Source: Epiperipatus broadwayi
Taxonomy: Eukaryota; Animalia; Onychophora
Direction of reading: 5' to 3'
DNA length: 64,000 nucleotides
Assembly (NCBI GenBank): GCA_028023455.1
Contig: JAQFVV010000008.1
Coordinates: 11,594,001-11,658,000, forward strand
The position numbers were made by a program, and so were the translations under genes. Of the stretch, positions 38,051 through 52,329 are shown piece after piece; within the stretch, counting starts at the first letter, position 1, and every line of letters starts with the position of its first letter. The notes beneath the pieces were generated by a model. That model was not told the DNA's origin, searched no databases, and was given only the letters and a program-made list of their open reading frames with translations.

Positions 38051-39734
38051 CATAAAAACCAAGCAGATTATAAAAAAATGATAAAGATTCACCAAGGAAA
38101 GATCTAAAATATATCTTGCTGATGATACAAATGACACCAATTCAGTCTTCAGCACTCAAATTAATTAACAATATAATTGAGAATAGACCTTGATTTTTTT
38201 ATCAGTTATCACATTTCAAAAAATAGCTGCTCAACTACAAAAAGAAATAAAATTATACACTGCAACAAAATGATGGTTACAAAGAATGATAAAACTTTTC
38301 ATATTTCTCTTGTAGTTTCAATCAAGAGGCATGGAAATTTAATAGACTGTGACTGGTTAATTACTTAGAATAGACAGTGGATTTTTCATTTCAGATCTTT
38401 TTTTTTTTTAAAAAAAAAAAGATTTTCAATTCATAACAGCAAACTACTACTATGAATGCAAACAGAAATGTTATGATTGCAATAATGTTACTTATTGTGT
38501 AAAATTGGTACAAATGACAAGAAAATGGTGGCCCATTGCACATGCTGTACACATAAAATTCGTAAATTACTATTTTTTTTTTTGCTTAATATTTGTCAAA
38601 CTGTGCATCTGTATATATACACAATAGATTGTAAAAAGGATTGATGATTCTGAAAACTCCTAAAGAGACAATATTTGATAACCATTTGATGGACTTTACA
38701 TATGTATTGTGCATATACATAAACAATTGGACATATGCATATATAAATGCTAATAATTGTAACAACTATATAAATAAGCAAAAGCTATTAAATATGTGGG
38801 GCTAAGAATAAAATATGGTGAAGAGATTATTGTGATGAAAAGTTAACAAGGAAGTATTAATAGTGTAAAAAAAAGGACTGTAATAAAAAAAATACAGTAT
38901 TATAGTTCAACACTATAAAGAACTGTACATACATGATTAAAATTGAGTTTAATTTATGAAGTTCAACCAACAAGCTGCTAGTTGAAAATACTACTAAGTT
39001 ATTAATATTATATACTCTCAGTAATAAACTCGTTAAATTTAAAACTTTTAGCATATTATTTCCAAAATAATTTAATGAGAGTCCTGTGCATATCACACTC
39101 AAATCTATATCTTCACAGCAACTTTCTGTTCTTTCACATATTGCTCATCAGATATCAAAATGACAAGAAACTTCAAAGAAAATGTATAATAAGCTGTTAG
39201 GCAGATTGGTCTAGATAATAATTCAAGATATAGTTTCATCATCTAAGAATCATTTCAAATCAAGATTCCTCTTTTGTATGTTAAATCAAGCCTCTAGAAT
39301 TAAAAAATTATGGCACAAAAAATAAAATTATAATCGAAACAGACACCCTCCCAGATCCAAATATAAAATCAACTAGATTTGATTTTTCTAAATGCAACAA
39401 GTCTTATTAACATATTTCAAAAAAATTGGTCATTGAGCTCGTTTCATAAATGAAATTTATCAGCCATTAATCTTAAATGTGGGCAGATACAGACTTCCCA
39501 ATGTATAGTTACAGTGGCAGAAATGATCATGTAACATTTAAGCACTGGAATGTCAAAATTGAGCTGTCATCCATAGACGTTTAGATTTTTAAGTCCACTT
39601 ATTATTGCATTAGAACACCAAATACAAATGATCTGAAAGTTTATTAGACGTTCCTTTATATTTTGTTAATAATTTTTAAAAAATCCATACTTCAAATAGA
39701 TAAATAAATTTATAAAAAATTTTTGTTTACTTAC

Positions 39735-39847
39735 TTCACCAGGTTCTAGTTCTACATAACCAGCAAAACTAGAATAAATATAACCATGCAATTCATAAGT
39801 TCCAGTCCCTCCTTTAAACAAACTGCCAGAAGAACATATCCTTTGAC
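39735..39847 (-). CDS. EXOSC1: EXOSC1 exon 2 (GQRICSSGSLFKGGTGTYELHGYIYSSFAGYVELEPGE)
   Basis: AAG| acceptor and |GTAAGT donor; 113 nt restores the frame; CSL4 'G.GTY...GYIYSS.AG' motif. Confidence 0.97.
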
Positions 39848-39951
39848 CTTTAAGTTATAAAATTCATATTAAAATTAAATTAATTTACGAACAGTGACAA
39901 CTTATTTATTAAGATCACGTTTGTTTTTAGTTTTATTTAATTTTTTTTTAC

Positions 39952-39985
39952 CTGGAATACAAATTTTTAAATCGGCAGACGCCAT
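39952..39985 (-). CDS. EXOSC1: Exosome component CSL4/EXOSC1, coding exon 1 (MASADLKICIP-G)
   Basis: ATG GCG TCT GCC GAT TTA AAA ATT TGT ATT CCA G|GTAAAA. Matches the CSL4 N-terminal 'CIPG' motif; 34 nt, phase 1. Confidence 0.95.
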
Positions 39986-40060
39986 TTTGGTGCGTATATT
40001 CTTTAAGTCTATGCAACATTTTCTTCTAATCACGTGTTACCTTTTTATTTCATTGGATTG
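39980..40060 (-). promoter_or_regulatory. EXOSC1 proximal promoter/5' UTR in a CpG-retaining region
   Basis: YY1-like AAAATGGCG overlaps the start codon (39980-39988); CACGTG E-box near 40032; CpGs are retained locally. Binding is inferred only. Confidence 0.4.
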
Positions 40061-43000
40061 ATATGACTAGGTACAAAGTAAATAAGATGGAGGTGTTCTT
40101 AAGAAATTTGTTCCAGAAGTTAATAGATGCATTGCAACATTTTAAATAAATGAAATAATGGACCAATATATGTATGGATCATGAATTCGTTTATATAGTC
40201 ATCGCAATATTAATTTATAGTATATTATTCGTTAGTTAGTGGCTGCTGATAATTGATGATTTTTTTCATTAATAAGTTTAAAAAAAAGTAATCGCTAAAA
40301 AAGTTTACGAACATTATTAAGTAATATTAATGATCTATATGAAAGGAAAACATATAAGTAAAAAAATGATGTGTGTTGAAGAACATAATCATGAATGAAA
40401 ATGTGATTTAAAAAAGAGATCTTGAATGATTTGTGATTCCTGCTCTTGATGATGGTGAATACGAAACGAGTTAAATTACAGTTTATAACAGAATATTATT
40501 ACAAAGTGTATAATTTTATTTAAGTAAAACTTTGACATTTTAAATAAAAATTATATTTGGAAAAAAAAAAAGTTTAGAGCATATAATAAGCCTTATTTCA
40601 GTTATCATTTCAGAATTTTCGTTGGCTTAAATATTCGTAGAAATTCCATGAGTGTATATTCTTCGTGAAAATAGAAACGTTTTCCAAACGAAGGCTTAAT
40701 CTCCTATCATTGTAAACAGATTATTACTGCCATCTATGCTAATTTTCTAAAGTGGCAGGTTTCTCATATTTCGAGATAAACAATTTTTATGATAATTTAT
40801 GACAAGTGAGCTGGATTTAGTAAAGGTAATTTTGGCTTGATCTGTATTTTTTGTACTATTTAATTTATTTTTTAACTTCAAGAACAATCCAATGTTTAGA
40901 ATTTATAATAATGTAATATCTCACTTCTGTTAGTTTGTAAAATTTTGATCTCGATAACATCCTTTAGGTAAAACATATATAAACTAACGTTTATATTTTG
41001 TTTGCCTGAAGTTTTGTGATGTTGATATTTTAGATGTGATATGTTGCACTATTTGCATCATCTGTCATTAAATGTTGAATGTCTAGAAAATTTTAAACTT
41101 TTACAAATACAAACAACTTAGTGATAACACAAATAGAAACACAAGTTGGTACATTATACAATGTCTCGAGTGGTATTATATTCCGTTCGGCTTCAAGTGT
41201 AACTGGTCTGACCAATGATAATACTAGCATAGGAATCGAACTTAGAACTTTAGATTTTTGAATATCGAATTTTAATGCAACGCTCTGACCAACAGCTATT
41301 CTGTCAAAGGCATTTAATGATAGATTATGGAAATAGCCCAAAATATTATCACGTTTATATTTTGTACTTCTACATTTTTTTATTTACATGCCTTCTGGTT
41401 ATAAGTAATTACTATGGAATTTAACTGAGCTTATTGACGTCTAATTAATTTGGAATTTAACTAACTTTGTCAATGATTAATTAGTTTGGAATTTAATTAA
41501 ACATCTATGTTTGATTAGTTTTATATTTAATTAAACTTAACTATAACTAATTATCTCCACCCCTCAACTAAGTTTAATATTAACTATGTAGAACAAAAAA
41601 ATAAGCAGAGAAAAATAGGAGAGTAGGGCAGAGATCCTTGCTCTTCTGCCTATTACTTTGCTAAAAGTTGTAGACAAACTTTAAGATCATATTCGGGAAC
41701 TGAATCCAGGGCAAAGAAAGAGCTAAAGCCACAGAGGTCCATCTGCGAAAGTGGAATGGCCTCTCTGGTCAGTATTATTATTTGTATATGCATTTGGGTC
41801 TAATGGACCGGTAAATAACTTGCATTATAATTTCTTTCCACTTGTTATCTTATTCTGCATTGATTTATAGATATAAATAAAGTACTAGATCCACTTTATA
41901 TAAACATTTTTCAACGCAATTTAAGATAGTAGAATTTCAGTTAAAACTTGTTTAGAAATTGGTAAGAGTTTAAAAGAGGTAAAGTTATTGAAGAAAAATT
42001 ATAAATTGAGGAAATAGAATTATATAAAAAGTATTGTGTAGTTATTATTATTATTAAAATGATAGAAATAAATTATTAAAAAGTTTAAAAGTAATACAAA
42101 TGTAGAAAAGTATATATTAAAATTAAAACATTATGAAAAAGGAAATTAAGATTAAAAATAAGATAAAAAGTAGTATTAATTAAAAATAAGCAAGGATATT
42201 TCATTATAGGGATTATTAAAAAATTATATTATTTTAAAGTTGGTAACATAGGGTATTGTTTAAAAAGCATATATTCATAGATAAATATTAATTGTATTGT
42301 TTTATATATTTGAATATTGTAACTCTAGTGATAACTGCTGGATAGTTGAAACTGTAAGCAAGGTGAAATAAATTCTATTATATTAAATTGTATTGAAAAG
42401 TGTTCATGAAAGGTGTATATGGTACTTTATTAAGTAACTTATATCCATTATATTGTATCATGTAGTATTTTTGTATTACATATTTAGTTACTTATTTTAA
42501 CTTGTATTAAAATATATGGTTCTTTTAAGTGACTAATTTATTGGATTTATTTTGGAAATGTTTATCTAGCCAGCAATTGATTGTTAATTATACTCAGCCC
42601 AAACTGGATAACACACTTTCATTTTGCATTACTTTGTAATTAGTGTTGTTTTTTATTCTTAATATCTAGAGTTACATTTCAGAAACTTGACACAGCTTTT
42701 TTTTTTCCATTTATTTTGACAAAGTTTAAACAATTCTGATGGCAGATAGTAGAATGACCTTCAGATTTAATGGTTAACTGTAAATAAGCAATAAGCAGTG
42801 CCCAACCTAGAGTATCTTTTACTTTCTTGTATTATAAGATATTGATTCTTCAGAAGTTAGTATTTCCAATACAAACAATTTTTTGTGTCTCTTTCCTTAT
42901 AGGGCTGGTCAACATGAGCTCATGCTATTAGCCATCTTCCTATACTAATTGTGGCAGTGTGATTTTATATTTATACAACCCCATTTTTACACAATTCTGA

Positions 43001-43329
43001 CTCCAGTTCTCTTCTTTTTTTTTTTTTATTGCATTTTTTTTAGCACAAACCCTTTAGCACTAAAAAAAACAATAGGAGGTACAGCTTTAATAGAATGGGA
43101 ATCCTTCATTACGATCTTTTCTGGAGATAATATAGTTACTTATGAGTAGTGTTGGAACTGGATTTGAGATAAGAGTTTCAGCTTCACAAAGATTATATGT
43201 TTAGCAGCCTGATACCTATTATCCTATCATGAAAATAGAAGAGATCCAGGAAAAAGTTGTGTAAAAGTAGTTTGTCTGGTTAGGTTGTTTTGTCTGATCG
43301 ATTAATCATAAAAGGTATAGAAATAATTG

Positions 43330-43560
43330 TATTATTAATAGTGATGAATAGAGGATAGAACTAACAATATTTAATTGATGTAACCACTCTTAATGAAACT
43401 TCCAGAGGAAAGAAGTGAAGTGGAACAGATGATTAATTCTAACTTTTTTTAGAACAGATTAGACAACGAAAAAAGATTACATGGTGTTGGATTTGCTGTA
43501 AGATCTAATTTAGTATTTGTTATTCTGTGAATTTATCAATGCATCAAATAATGGCTAATA
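43330..43560 (+). mobile_element. RTE-clade LINE apurinic endonuclease relic
   Basis: 'IDVTTLNET' and 'EKRLHGVGFAVRSNL' match the RTE APE N-terminal motifs (IAALSETR; HGVGFA). Confidence 0.7.
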
Positions 43561-44179
43561 GTATTAAAATTTGGTTTGTGCAATCAGATCTATTTCACAC
43601 CAGGATGCAAAGAATGCAATGAACCCAAGCAGCACAATTTAGAATAGTGTAATTGAACATATTATTAAAAAATAGGATAATACACTGAGCTCTTTATGCT
43701 AATATCCCCTTCAAAGATGAGAAACTCTCAATGAGGGAGTGAATCACTGGGTAGTTAAGTAAATGGCACAAGTTTAACACAAATTTAAAACTTAATGACA
43801 TTTAGATATTTTTCAATCTATATTAGAAAATAATTTAACATTATTACTGAATTTGGTAATAGTTTTACATATTTTTTTAACAATATTATTAACAATTGTT
43901 TCTGGAGAAAGATTCTTTTTAAAATTAAAATCAATAAAAAAATCACTTACCATTGAGTATATCACAAGAATGATTAAAAAAATTATCCATATTCAGTTAT
44001 AGAAAATGAAATATGTAGCAATTTAGATTTAGAAGATATTGTAAAATATTTTTTTGTAATGAAAGTCAGAAAAAATATTTGTAGGAAATGAATAAAAATG
44101 TTTTTTTTTTTTTTTACTATTTGTGTTTTTCATTTTAATATCATCATTTTTAAATATTATTGAAGTTCAATCCATTTTC

Positions 44180-45270
44180 TATAATCTCTAACCTCTCTTC
44201 TATACATCACCCCGGAACACTTCTTTATTTCATTCATCCTGTTCACATGTGGTCTCATTCTAGGTCTTTTACAATGTCTTGGAATCCAATTTAAGATTTT
44301 AGCTGTTCATCTATTGTCATCTCTTCTAGCAATATGTTCATCCCAACTCCACTTCAATCTCTTAATTCTTTCCATGATGCCAGTAACATTTATTTGTTCT
44401 CTCACACATGTATTTTGTTTTCAATTTTTTTTTGTTACTCCTAATATGCATCACTCCATACTTCGTTGAGTGATCTGAAGTCTCTGTATTGCTCTTTTGT
44501 TTTGTCCAAGTCTCAGAATAAGTAAGACTTGGTAAAACCCATTTATTAAAAACTTTTCTTTTCAAAAACATAGCATATTTCCTTTTAATGTTGCTATTTC
44601 TGCCAAAAGCACACCAAACAAATTTAATTCTATGATTCATTTCATCCATTATGTTTTCATCTGTAGTAATAATTTGACCAAGGTATGTGTAGTTGTTAAT
44701 CTTCTATATCATCATTATCAATATTTATTTTCTTCTTTTGAGAAAATCCATTAAACATTACTTTAGTCTTTTTAATATTTACCTTAGTCCCTATTTTCTT
44801 ACTTTCATCTAATAACTTTTATAATATTTCCTGAAGTTCTAAAGCATTATTTACAAAAACAATTATATCATCTGCAAAATCTAGATGACTTAAATAATAT
44901 TCATTTACTTTTACTTTCTTAGCTCCCCATTTCAATACACAAAATATTTTTTGCAAAATTGCTGTAAAAAGTTTTGGAGATATGGAGTCTTCCATTCATA
45001 CATTCTTCTCAATGTTAATCTTTCTAGTATTATTATGTAACCTACTTGTTGCTGTCGCATTTTTATATTCTTCATAATATGATGATATCCTGGATCTATG
45101 CCTTGATGATCCAATGCTTTAATCACTTAAGAAATGCTAATAGAATCAAATGTGTTTTCATAATATACAAATCCAAAACATAATGGCAACCTCCTATTCA
45201 TTGGTTCTTTTTATAACTTTTTTCAATACTTGGATATGATCCACTGTACTAAAACCCTTTTAAATCCAGC
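44180..45270 (-). mobile_element. 5'-truncated RTE-clade LINE, RT and C-terminal region
   Basis: 'QAGFKRGFSTVDHI', 'FVYYENTFDS' (FVDYEKAFDS), 'ALDHQGID..Y', 'FADD', 'EMNHRIKFVWCAFG', 'LKRKVFNKWVLPSLTY'; frameshifted. Confidence 0.88.
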
Positions 45271-48200
45271 TTGTTTTTTTGGTTGGTTAATGTGCAGTAT
45301 AATAAAATTATTCATCTAATGGAAGGAGGCGCAAACATTTTGCCACTCAGATGGCACAAATCCATGAAACTATCCTGTGTGTAATGATACCTGTGCTTAT
45401 TTTATTAATGCATATATTCAACATTACACTCAGAGAATTCAAAAAAGAAGCTTTTAGTCTTGATGGATAACATTATTTGATCAATGTCATTTAAAGATAG
45501 ATGTGTGTGTGTTTTTTTTAAAAGACTTTATTAATGTGTTGGTATTGGCAGTAACAAGTGGCCAAAAGTTATTGGAAATAATAGTATTGATGTTATAAAC
45601 AAAATGGTCAGTTATTTTACATTATTTGTACAATACATGGACTGAATACCTCAAACACTTTATTTAGGCGAAAAATTGCTAAACAGATTCATCCACACTC
45701 AAACCATAGAGCATTTACAAATAACGATTGTTAGTTGGTAGACTGGTGTGCTTTATGATAAAAATGATAGTTGCATTAAAAAATAGCTTCTATTCCAATC
45801 TTTTGTTCTTTAGAAACATTTACATATCCATATTAAATTTCAGTAGCTAATTAGCACTAAAATTACTAGTTTAGACTTTCTGAATTGTCACTGTTATTGA
45901 AGCATGAAATTCTCTTATGAAAAATCATGACTGATTCTTTGACATAAAAGGAAAAATGATATTTTCTATTTGTCATGTAATAAACTGAATGTGGAACTTT
46001 TATAATCAATTTATTGATATAAAGGCAAAAAATTCAACAACTAACAAAAAAGATTAAAAATGACTGGTGGATTAAAATTATAAACAAGATACAGATATTT
46101 GCTGAATGTTATCATTTTAAATCTTTTTTTGAGACTTTGAAACTAATACATGGATCTGGAAAACATCATAATTTTATTAAATCCAACAATAGCATTTTTA
46201 TATGATATCACTGATATTTCAAACAGATAGAGGAAATATTTTAATTGTTTTTTGAATAATAATATCAAAATTGAAATGATAACTTTTAATAACTCATTTA
46301 GATTTGGACAAACATATCTTGTTTAATGAATCAAAAGTGCTCTTTGATGTCTTAACTTCAAAAATATTAGTTTAAAAAAAAAAAATTGATTCATGAATAT
46401 GTGCCATAAATCATGATTAAAATTTTTAACTTTTTGTAAACTTTTAATAGGTAGAACTCATTTGTTGTGTTTTTATGTTAGATTAAAGTTAATTTAACTC
46501 TTATATAATTTTAAAATATCTCACAGAATACAAGAATAAATCAATTTCAGAGATATGACTGAGTAATTCATCAACTTTTTATGTCAATAACTTTTGCTAT
46601 GTATGGAATCCTCAAGCTTTCACAATCTTGATTTCAAATGAGATTCCAAACAGACACATTAAAATAAAAAGGCCACTAGAGCAAATTAGATTTAAATGAA
46701 TATTTAATAAAACTATTTTATATATTATTACCTGAACAATATAAAATGTTGAAATATAATTTATTTTACAATTCAATGCATTACTTAGATATTATCAAGT
46801 TCACTTGAAGCTTACTTAAAACATAATATAAATTGTGACAGCCAAATTCCTAGATTCCTTTATTGATTTTCAGCCAGGATGTAACTGGTTATTGAGGCTT
46901 GTTCAAATTCCCTGGATTTTTAGGTAGTGCTTCTTTGCTGCATCTCATTTCACACATATAAATCATCATCTTTTTTGCAGTTCTTTGGAGTCATCTTAAT
47001 AAATCTCAGAAAGCTTTTAAGTTTTTATTTTTAGTTTATCATCTTTAGATAATTTATTTTTGAGATAATTATTACTTTTCCTGCTTTATTCCAGATGACT
47101 TTAAATGTTTAGTTTTAGAGTATCTTGTAAGAGATAATTGATTATAAGGTAATTAATACTTTTCCACAAGTCTGCAATAATTATTTGATAAAATACAACT
47201 TTTATATTTAAAATTAATATCTTTTTTTCCTTTCTATCATTTTATTTTTGTTAATTGTGCCACAGCAACTTTGATTAATCTTTTTTTTAATTGCATTTTT
47301 GAAAATTTTTTTCAAGGGGGAGAAAAAATACATTTAACTATATCTCAAAATTTACATTTATATGATAAACATGAGATAAGTTTAAAATGATTCTTATTTT
47401 AGCTTTTAAATTAAGAAATACAAAATATAATTTGATGATGCTGTTCAATAATTATTTTGATATGCTTGTGACTTAAAGCAAATCCAAGAAGAATGCATAA
47501 AAAGGATTCAGTGCTAATATGTCATTTAATATAAACTTGATTCTTTCTGATCAATTGTAATTTGTCAATATTTATTATAATGGAGAATACACCTCCATTC
47601 ATAATAGCTGTTTAATGTTTGACAAGTAGTTACCCCAAATAAGGTTATAGAATTCTAACATGATAGTAGCAAGGAAAGTTAACAATAATATTATAAAACT
47701 AAAGTATTAAAAATAGTATTGGAAATTAATTTTGAGCAAATTGATTCTTTAATAAAACAATAATTTAATTTTGAATATGAGTAATTAAGTTTATCAATTA
47801 AATTTAGATTAAAAAATTAATCACTGATCATTAGTTTATCAATAAAATGGATCATTAAAACTTTTTTCACTCATAAATATTTTATACAAAAAATTTTGTT
47901 TGAAATTTATTTGCTAGATAAATGTCATGTGTCTAAAAGATTAACAAATTTACAGGTCAAATTTAAATAAACAAAATAAAACATGATGAAAGAATACTTG
48001 CTTCAAACATGTTTTGAGATTACACTGGCATTATCTCCATTTGCACTTAAAGTTTCAAATCATGCCCATTAGCACACACTTTTCATGCAGACACTATTCT
48101 GTAATTTTGAAAATACTTCATTGTGTCTTCTGGCACTGGTAGATTCCCAAGTTTTAATCATTTTTGCAAAAAGTTAAGAAAAACAATCATAAGCTTGAAT

Positions 48201-49028
48201 AATGCTACAGTAAATATAAAAAAATCATTGCAACGTGTTGAACGGTTTGTATGTTATAATATACATATAAAAAAAAAATCATTAAATATTGTGAATGGCA
48301 GTTATAAAAATTTTTTTTTTTAAAGTTAACATGAATTAATATTTGATTTCTTAATATTTTTTAAACTTAACAATTAGCACATGTTCAACAAAATGATTTT
48401 GAGGAAAACAAACAAATACTTTGACGCCCCTGAAAATGGATAATTAACCAAAAAGCATCTGGCAAAGACAGCAAATGGATGATATGTAAATACTTGGTTA
48501 GATATTGGTATTGTAACTTGAGAGCTGGATTACATAAATAATAATAATTATTAATGAAATTATAATAATCATAAATTGTTTTTTAATAAAAAATCATGAT
48601 CTTAATATTTAAAAGCATGGTTAATTGATATAATAATCTATATATAAAAAAATCCAGTACTGATTTAGAGTGTGCTCATGGCCATTTTGAATTCTAAGGA
48701 CTATCCTAAATCACCACTGACACATCCAAATGATAAATGACTTTAAATAATTCACATGTAGTCGTGATATGACCATTCATTACAAAATCGCAATTTACAT
48801 TAGTAATTAAAAAATTAAAGCACAAATTTTGTAAGGATCTCACATTATCAAGTGTTGATCCGATATCCACATCAGAAGATCAAATGTGAACAATACTATT
48901 TTTTTTTATCTCCATTTTTTTTTAGTAACTACATGTAACAAAAAAAAGCATGCAACATCAATTTATTTTTAGTAAGAAAAAATCTGATCAATTATAAAAT
49001 TAATATGCTTTATTTCAGCATATGATTT

Positions 49029-49400
49029 TAGGCATATATTGTAATAAAATTCATATTTCAGAAGTTATAAACTTTTAGTATTTTGAAATTATAAGCTTGA
49101 TTTGATCAATTTTATATTATTTCAACATATAGTTATAGGCATATATTGTAATAAAATTCATAAATTAGAACTTATAAGCTTTTAGTATTTCAAAATTATA
49201 AACTTGGTTTGATCAATTTTATGTTATTTCAATGTGGTTATAGGCATTCATTGTAAAAAAATTCATATTTTAGAAATTATAAGCTTGGTTTGATCAGTTT
49301 TCTGCATTTCCTTTCTTTTCTCCACATACTTTGGAACTTTGCATCATCATTATTGTAATAAAAATTTGTATTTTAGAAGTTATAAGCTTTTAGCATTTAA
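49029..49400 (+). repeat. Degenerate ~105-bp tandem repeat (3-4 units)
   Basis: taggcatatattgtaataaaattcata recurs at ~49029, 49136 and 49239, with a partial copy at ~49350. Confidence 0.75.
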
Positions 49401-49558
49401 ACTGCGCTTACTACTATTTTGAATTCTAAGGACCGCCAAAACCACCGCTGACATATCCAAGTGACCCTGTGTGGGTTATTTAATGTCATTTATTATTTGG
49501 ATATGTCAGCATTGGTTTGGGGCAGTCCTTAGAATCCAAAGTAGTGGCATATGCAGTC
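49400..49558. repeat. Inverted repeat (~60-bp arms), related to a dispersed copy at 48670-48765
   Basis: gaattctaaggaccgccaaaacc..gctgacatatccaa vs ttggatatgtcagc..ggtttggggcagtccttagaatcc. Confidence 0.75.
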
Positions 49559-52329
49559 TAATACAATAGAGAATTCCTTTTTCTTTTTAAAAACTTTATT
49601 TATTTACATGAACCCATATATACTCCAATATATCATGCACATTTTTCCATTTTAGCTATCTTCTTGTAGTCATTATCAGGTCTACATATTGTAATGGAAA
49701 CCGGCAATCGAAAGCTTAACTTCCCTTTTATTTATATATAATGGGGAATTCTTAAAATTCAAGATCGACCACCTTCCGCTACCGCAAGCAGAGAGAATGT
49801 ACGGACATAAACGAGTCTATATCCATACTTGACCGAACCTGTAATTATACGGGTATATCCCCAGGTTATTTTTCCCGGTCAACTGTCTCTCGACTGCTGT
49901 AAGATTTAACAGAGTTACAGCGCTTGGATATTTATAAAATTTTAATGGGATCAAAATACTGCACCACTAGCTTCACGTGTTACTTCAGTACTGACAATGA
50001 GTAATAATTATTTTCCCAAACCCTAAGACTATATTACTTTTTGGAGTGGCGAAGAACAAGATGAAACAGATTTAAATCAAATATTTAATGCAATAAATTA
50101 AACAATAAAAGAAATACTTTAAATCATTTACACACAATAAAACAGATTATTTGCTATAATGCTACGAGTAAAACAAAATAAAAGATCCTATAAATGATTG
50201 GACATTTATAATCGTCATTCCGTGTATATATAATAAAGTTAAAGAATGTCTTTATCATTCAACGTAAGAATTTGGCCATTGTCTAAATTAAAGGTTTGTG
50301 TACATGTAAGTATAAAATGTAGTATACATATTTACCTAGGTTTTTAAGTCTCTGAATTAACTTGAAGTCTTGCTGACCGCCACGTGGAATTTCTCCACTT
50401 CTTTAGCAGGGAACGGTCGCACTTAGGTTAGATTTTGGTTGTGGGAACTCCTCCGCATTTAGGACATCAAGGACCAGGCAAAACGAACACTCCGGCAGGC
50501 GCTACTTTGGCAGTTGTTACATCTTGACGGGAACCATTAGAGCACAGTGAGTCTGGATCGGCAAGCAATCATGACGGCCCTTAGCCAGCCATTCTTGATG
50601 GGTCACCGATGTTAGAAATCATATCTTGTTAATTATGGCTGCTTATTATCGGAGCAGTCTTTTCACCAACCTCTCGACAGTAAGTCTACCACTCTAATCA
50701 CCATACTGAAACTTTTTAATTAAAAAAAATTCCACAGTCCTTTGTCCTTTCGATCCTTTGTTTTCGTTTTTATTCCCACCTTTCTTCTCTTAATGCGCCT
50801 TTGGCCATTTATATAGATTTGTTTTTACCCAATCTCTTAGCACTATGTACATTTATTTATTTCATTTTTCTTACTTTTACTTAAACAGATTTTTAACAAA
50901 TATTTTTTATTTTATTTTGACAAGCATTAATTATTGCTGTCTTCATCCCACTTCATACACGCATTTCATTTTATCGTCAAATGTGTAATTTTATGACCCA
51001 GATCCTTATCTTTCGGTCGTGTTTTAAATTTCTATTTTACTCTTATTTAAACTTTTCAAACTTTACTTTTTTTATACATCATATTTTAGTTTGTCTTTCA
51101 TTTATATTTTTTTATTACTATTAATTTTCTAATGTTCAATTTCAATATTTCTAACTTTACTTTTCTTATACATCATATTTTAGTTTGTCTTTCATTTATA
51201 TTTCTTTATTACTATTAATTTTCTAATGTACAATTTCAATATTTCTAACTTTACTTATTTTTCATTTCACAAAATCTTGACTTTGGAAGGTAAAAGATAA
51301 GAATCTTTTCAATTCTAATTCCCTCTCTTTCCTTAATTAAAACATTTCTTTGTTTATAATTTTTTAAACTTTTATTCCAAACACAATATTTAATATTCTT
51401 TAAATGTTAAATATCTATATGTGTGATCGCAATATGTGCGATCATCACATTACACCGTTCCCCTCCTTTAAAATTTTTTTTTCAAAAAATTTTAATTTAA
51501 TGCATTGAAAGCTAGATGCTCCTAACTACTGTTATGACCATTTCATATCTGTGTACTCCTAATACGACTTAGTGATGAGATTATTCCTAGAGAGGCGACC
51601 AGGCAAATTACATCCCTACTCTGACGACCCAACCAGTATTACTAAACGAATTTAATCTTGCTATAAATAATACATGAGTTTTATTTCTTGTCTTCTACTT
51701 GTATATACAGGTTCGAGTCCTCAGGATATCTCTGTGATTCGATTAAACTTGTTCATACCTCACATTTTACAAATGATAACCCTCTAAGTGACAACTCTGG
51801 TCACTATGCCAAGGTGGGTTGGGAGGCTGGCATCTTTTTATCCAGCTCATCCATGAGCTCAGAATATTTTACTAATAGCTCGTATTTTTATAAAGGGGTT
51901 CTTTCCCCATACATTGGTTTCTAATCCATTGACTCACGATATTTGTCAAATATCTAACTGGTAATCTTAATCCAGTGAGTCATTATGAGAAGGGGAACTC
52001 TGTCCCTGTCTTCTCTATAATAAGATCTGGTCATCGCAGAACACACATGAATGCATAACAGAGAAGGCTCACCATATACTGCTAAGATCCACCTACAAAT
52101 ATCTATACCTACACACCTTCAGCCTCTATCTACAATCTCACACTACTATCTATCATATGTTTTTCTTAGTTAATCCTAAAGTCCTTTATACTGTTTGGCC
52201 ATTTATTGGCTCATCATTCCTTTATATTATCATGATCAATATTTCCTAATTTCATGTCCATTTTCCATTACTTGTGGTCCAATTCCATTTCTAATCTGGT
52301 ATCAGTGAATCCGTCCTTTATTGGTAATT

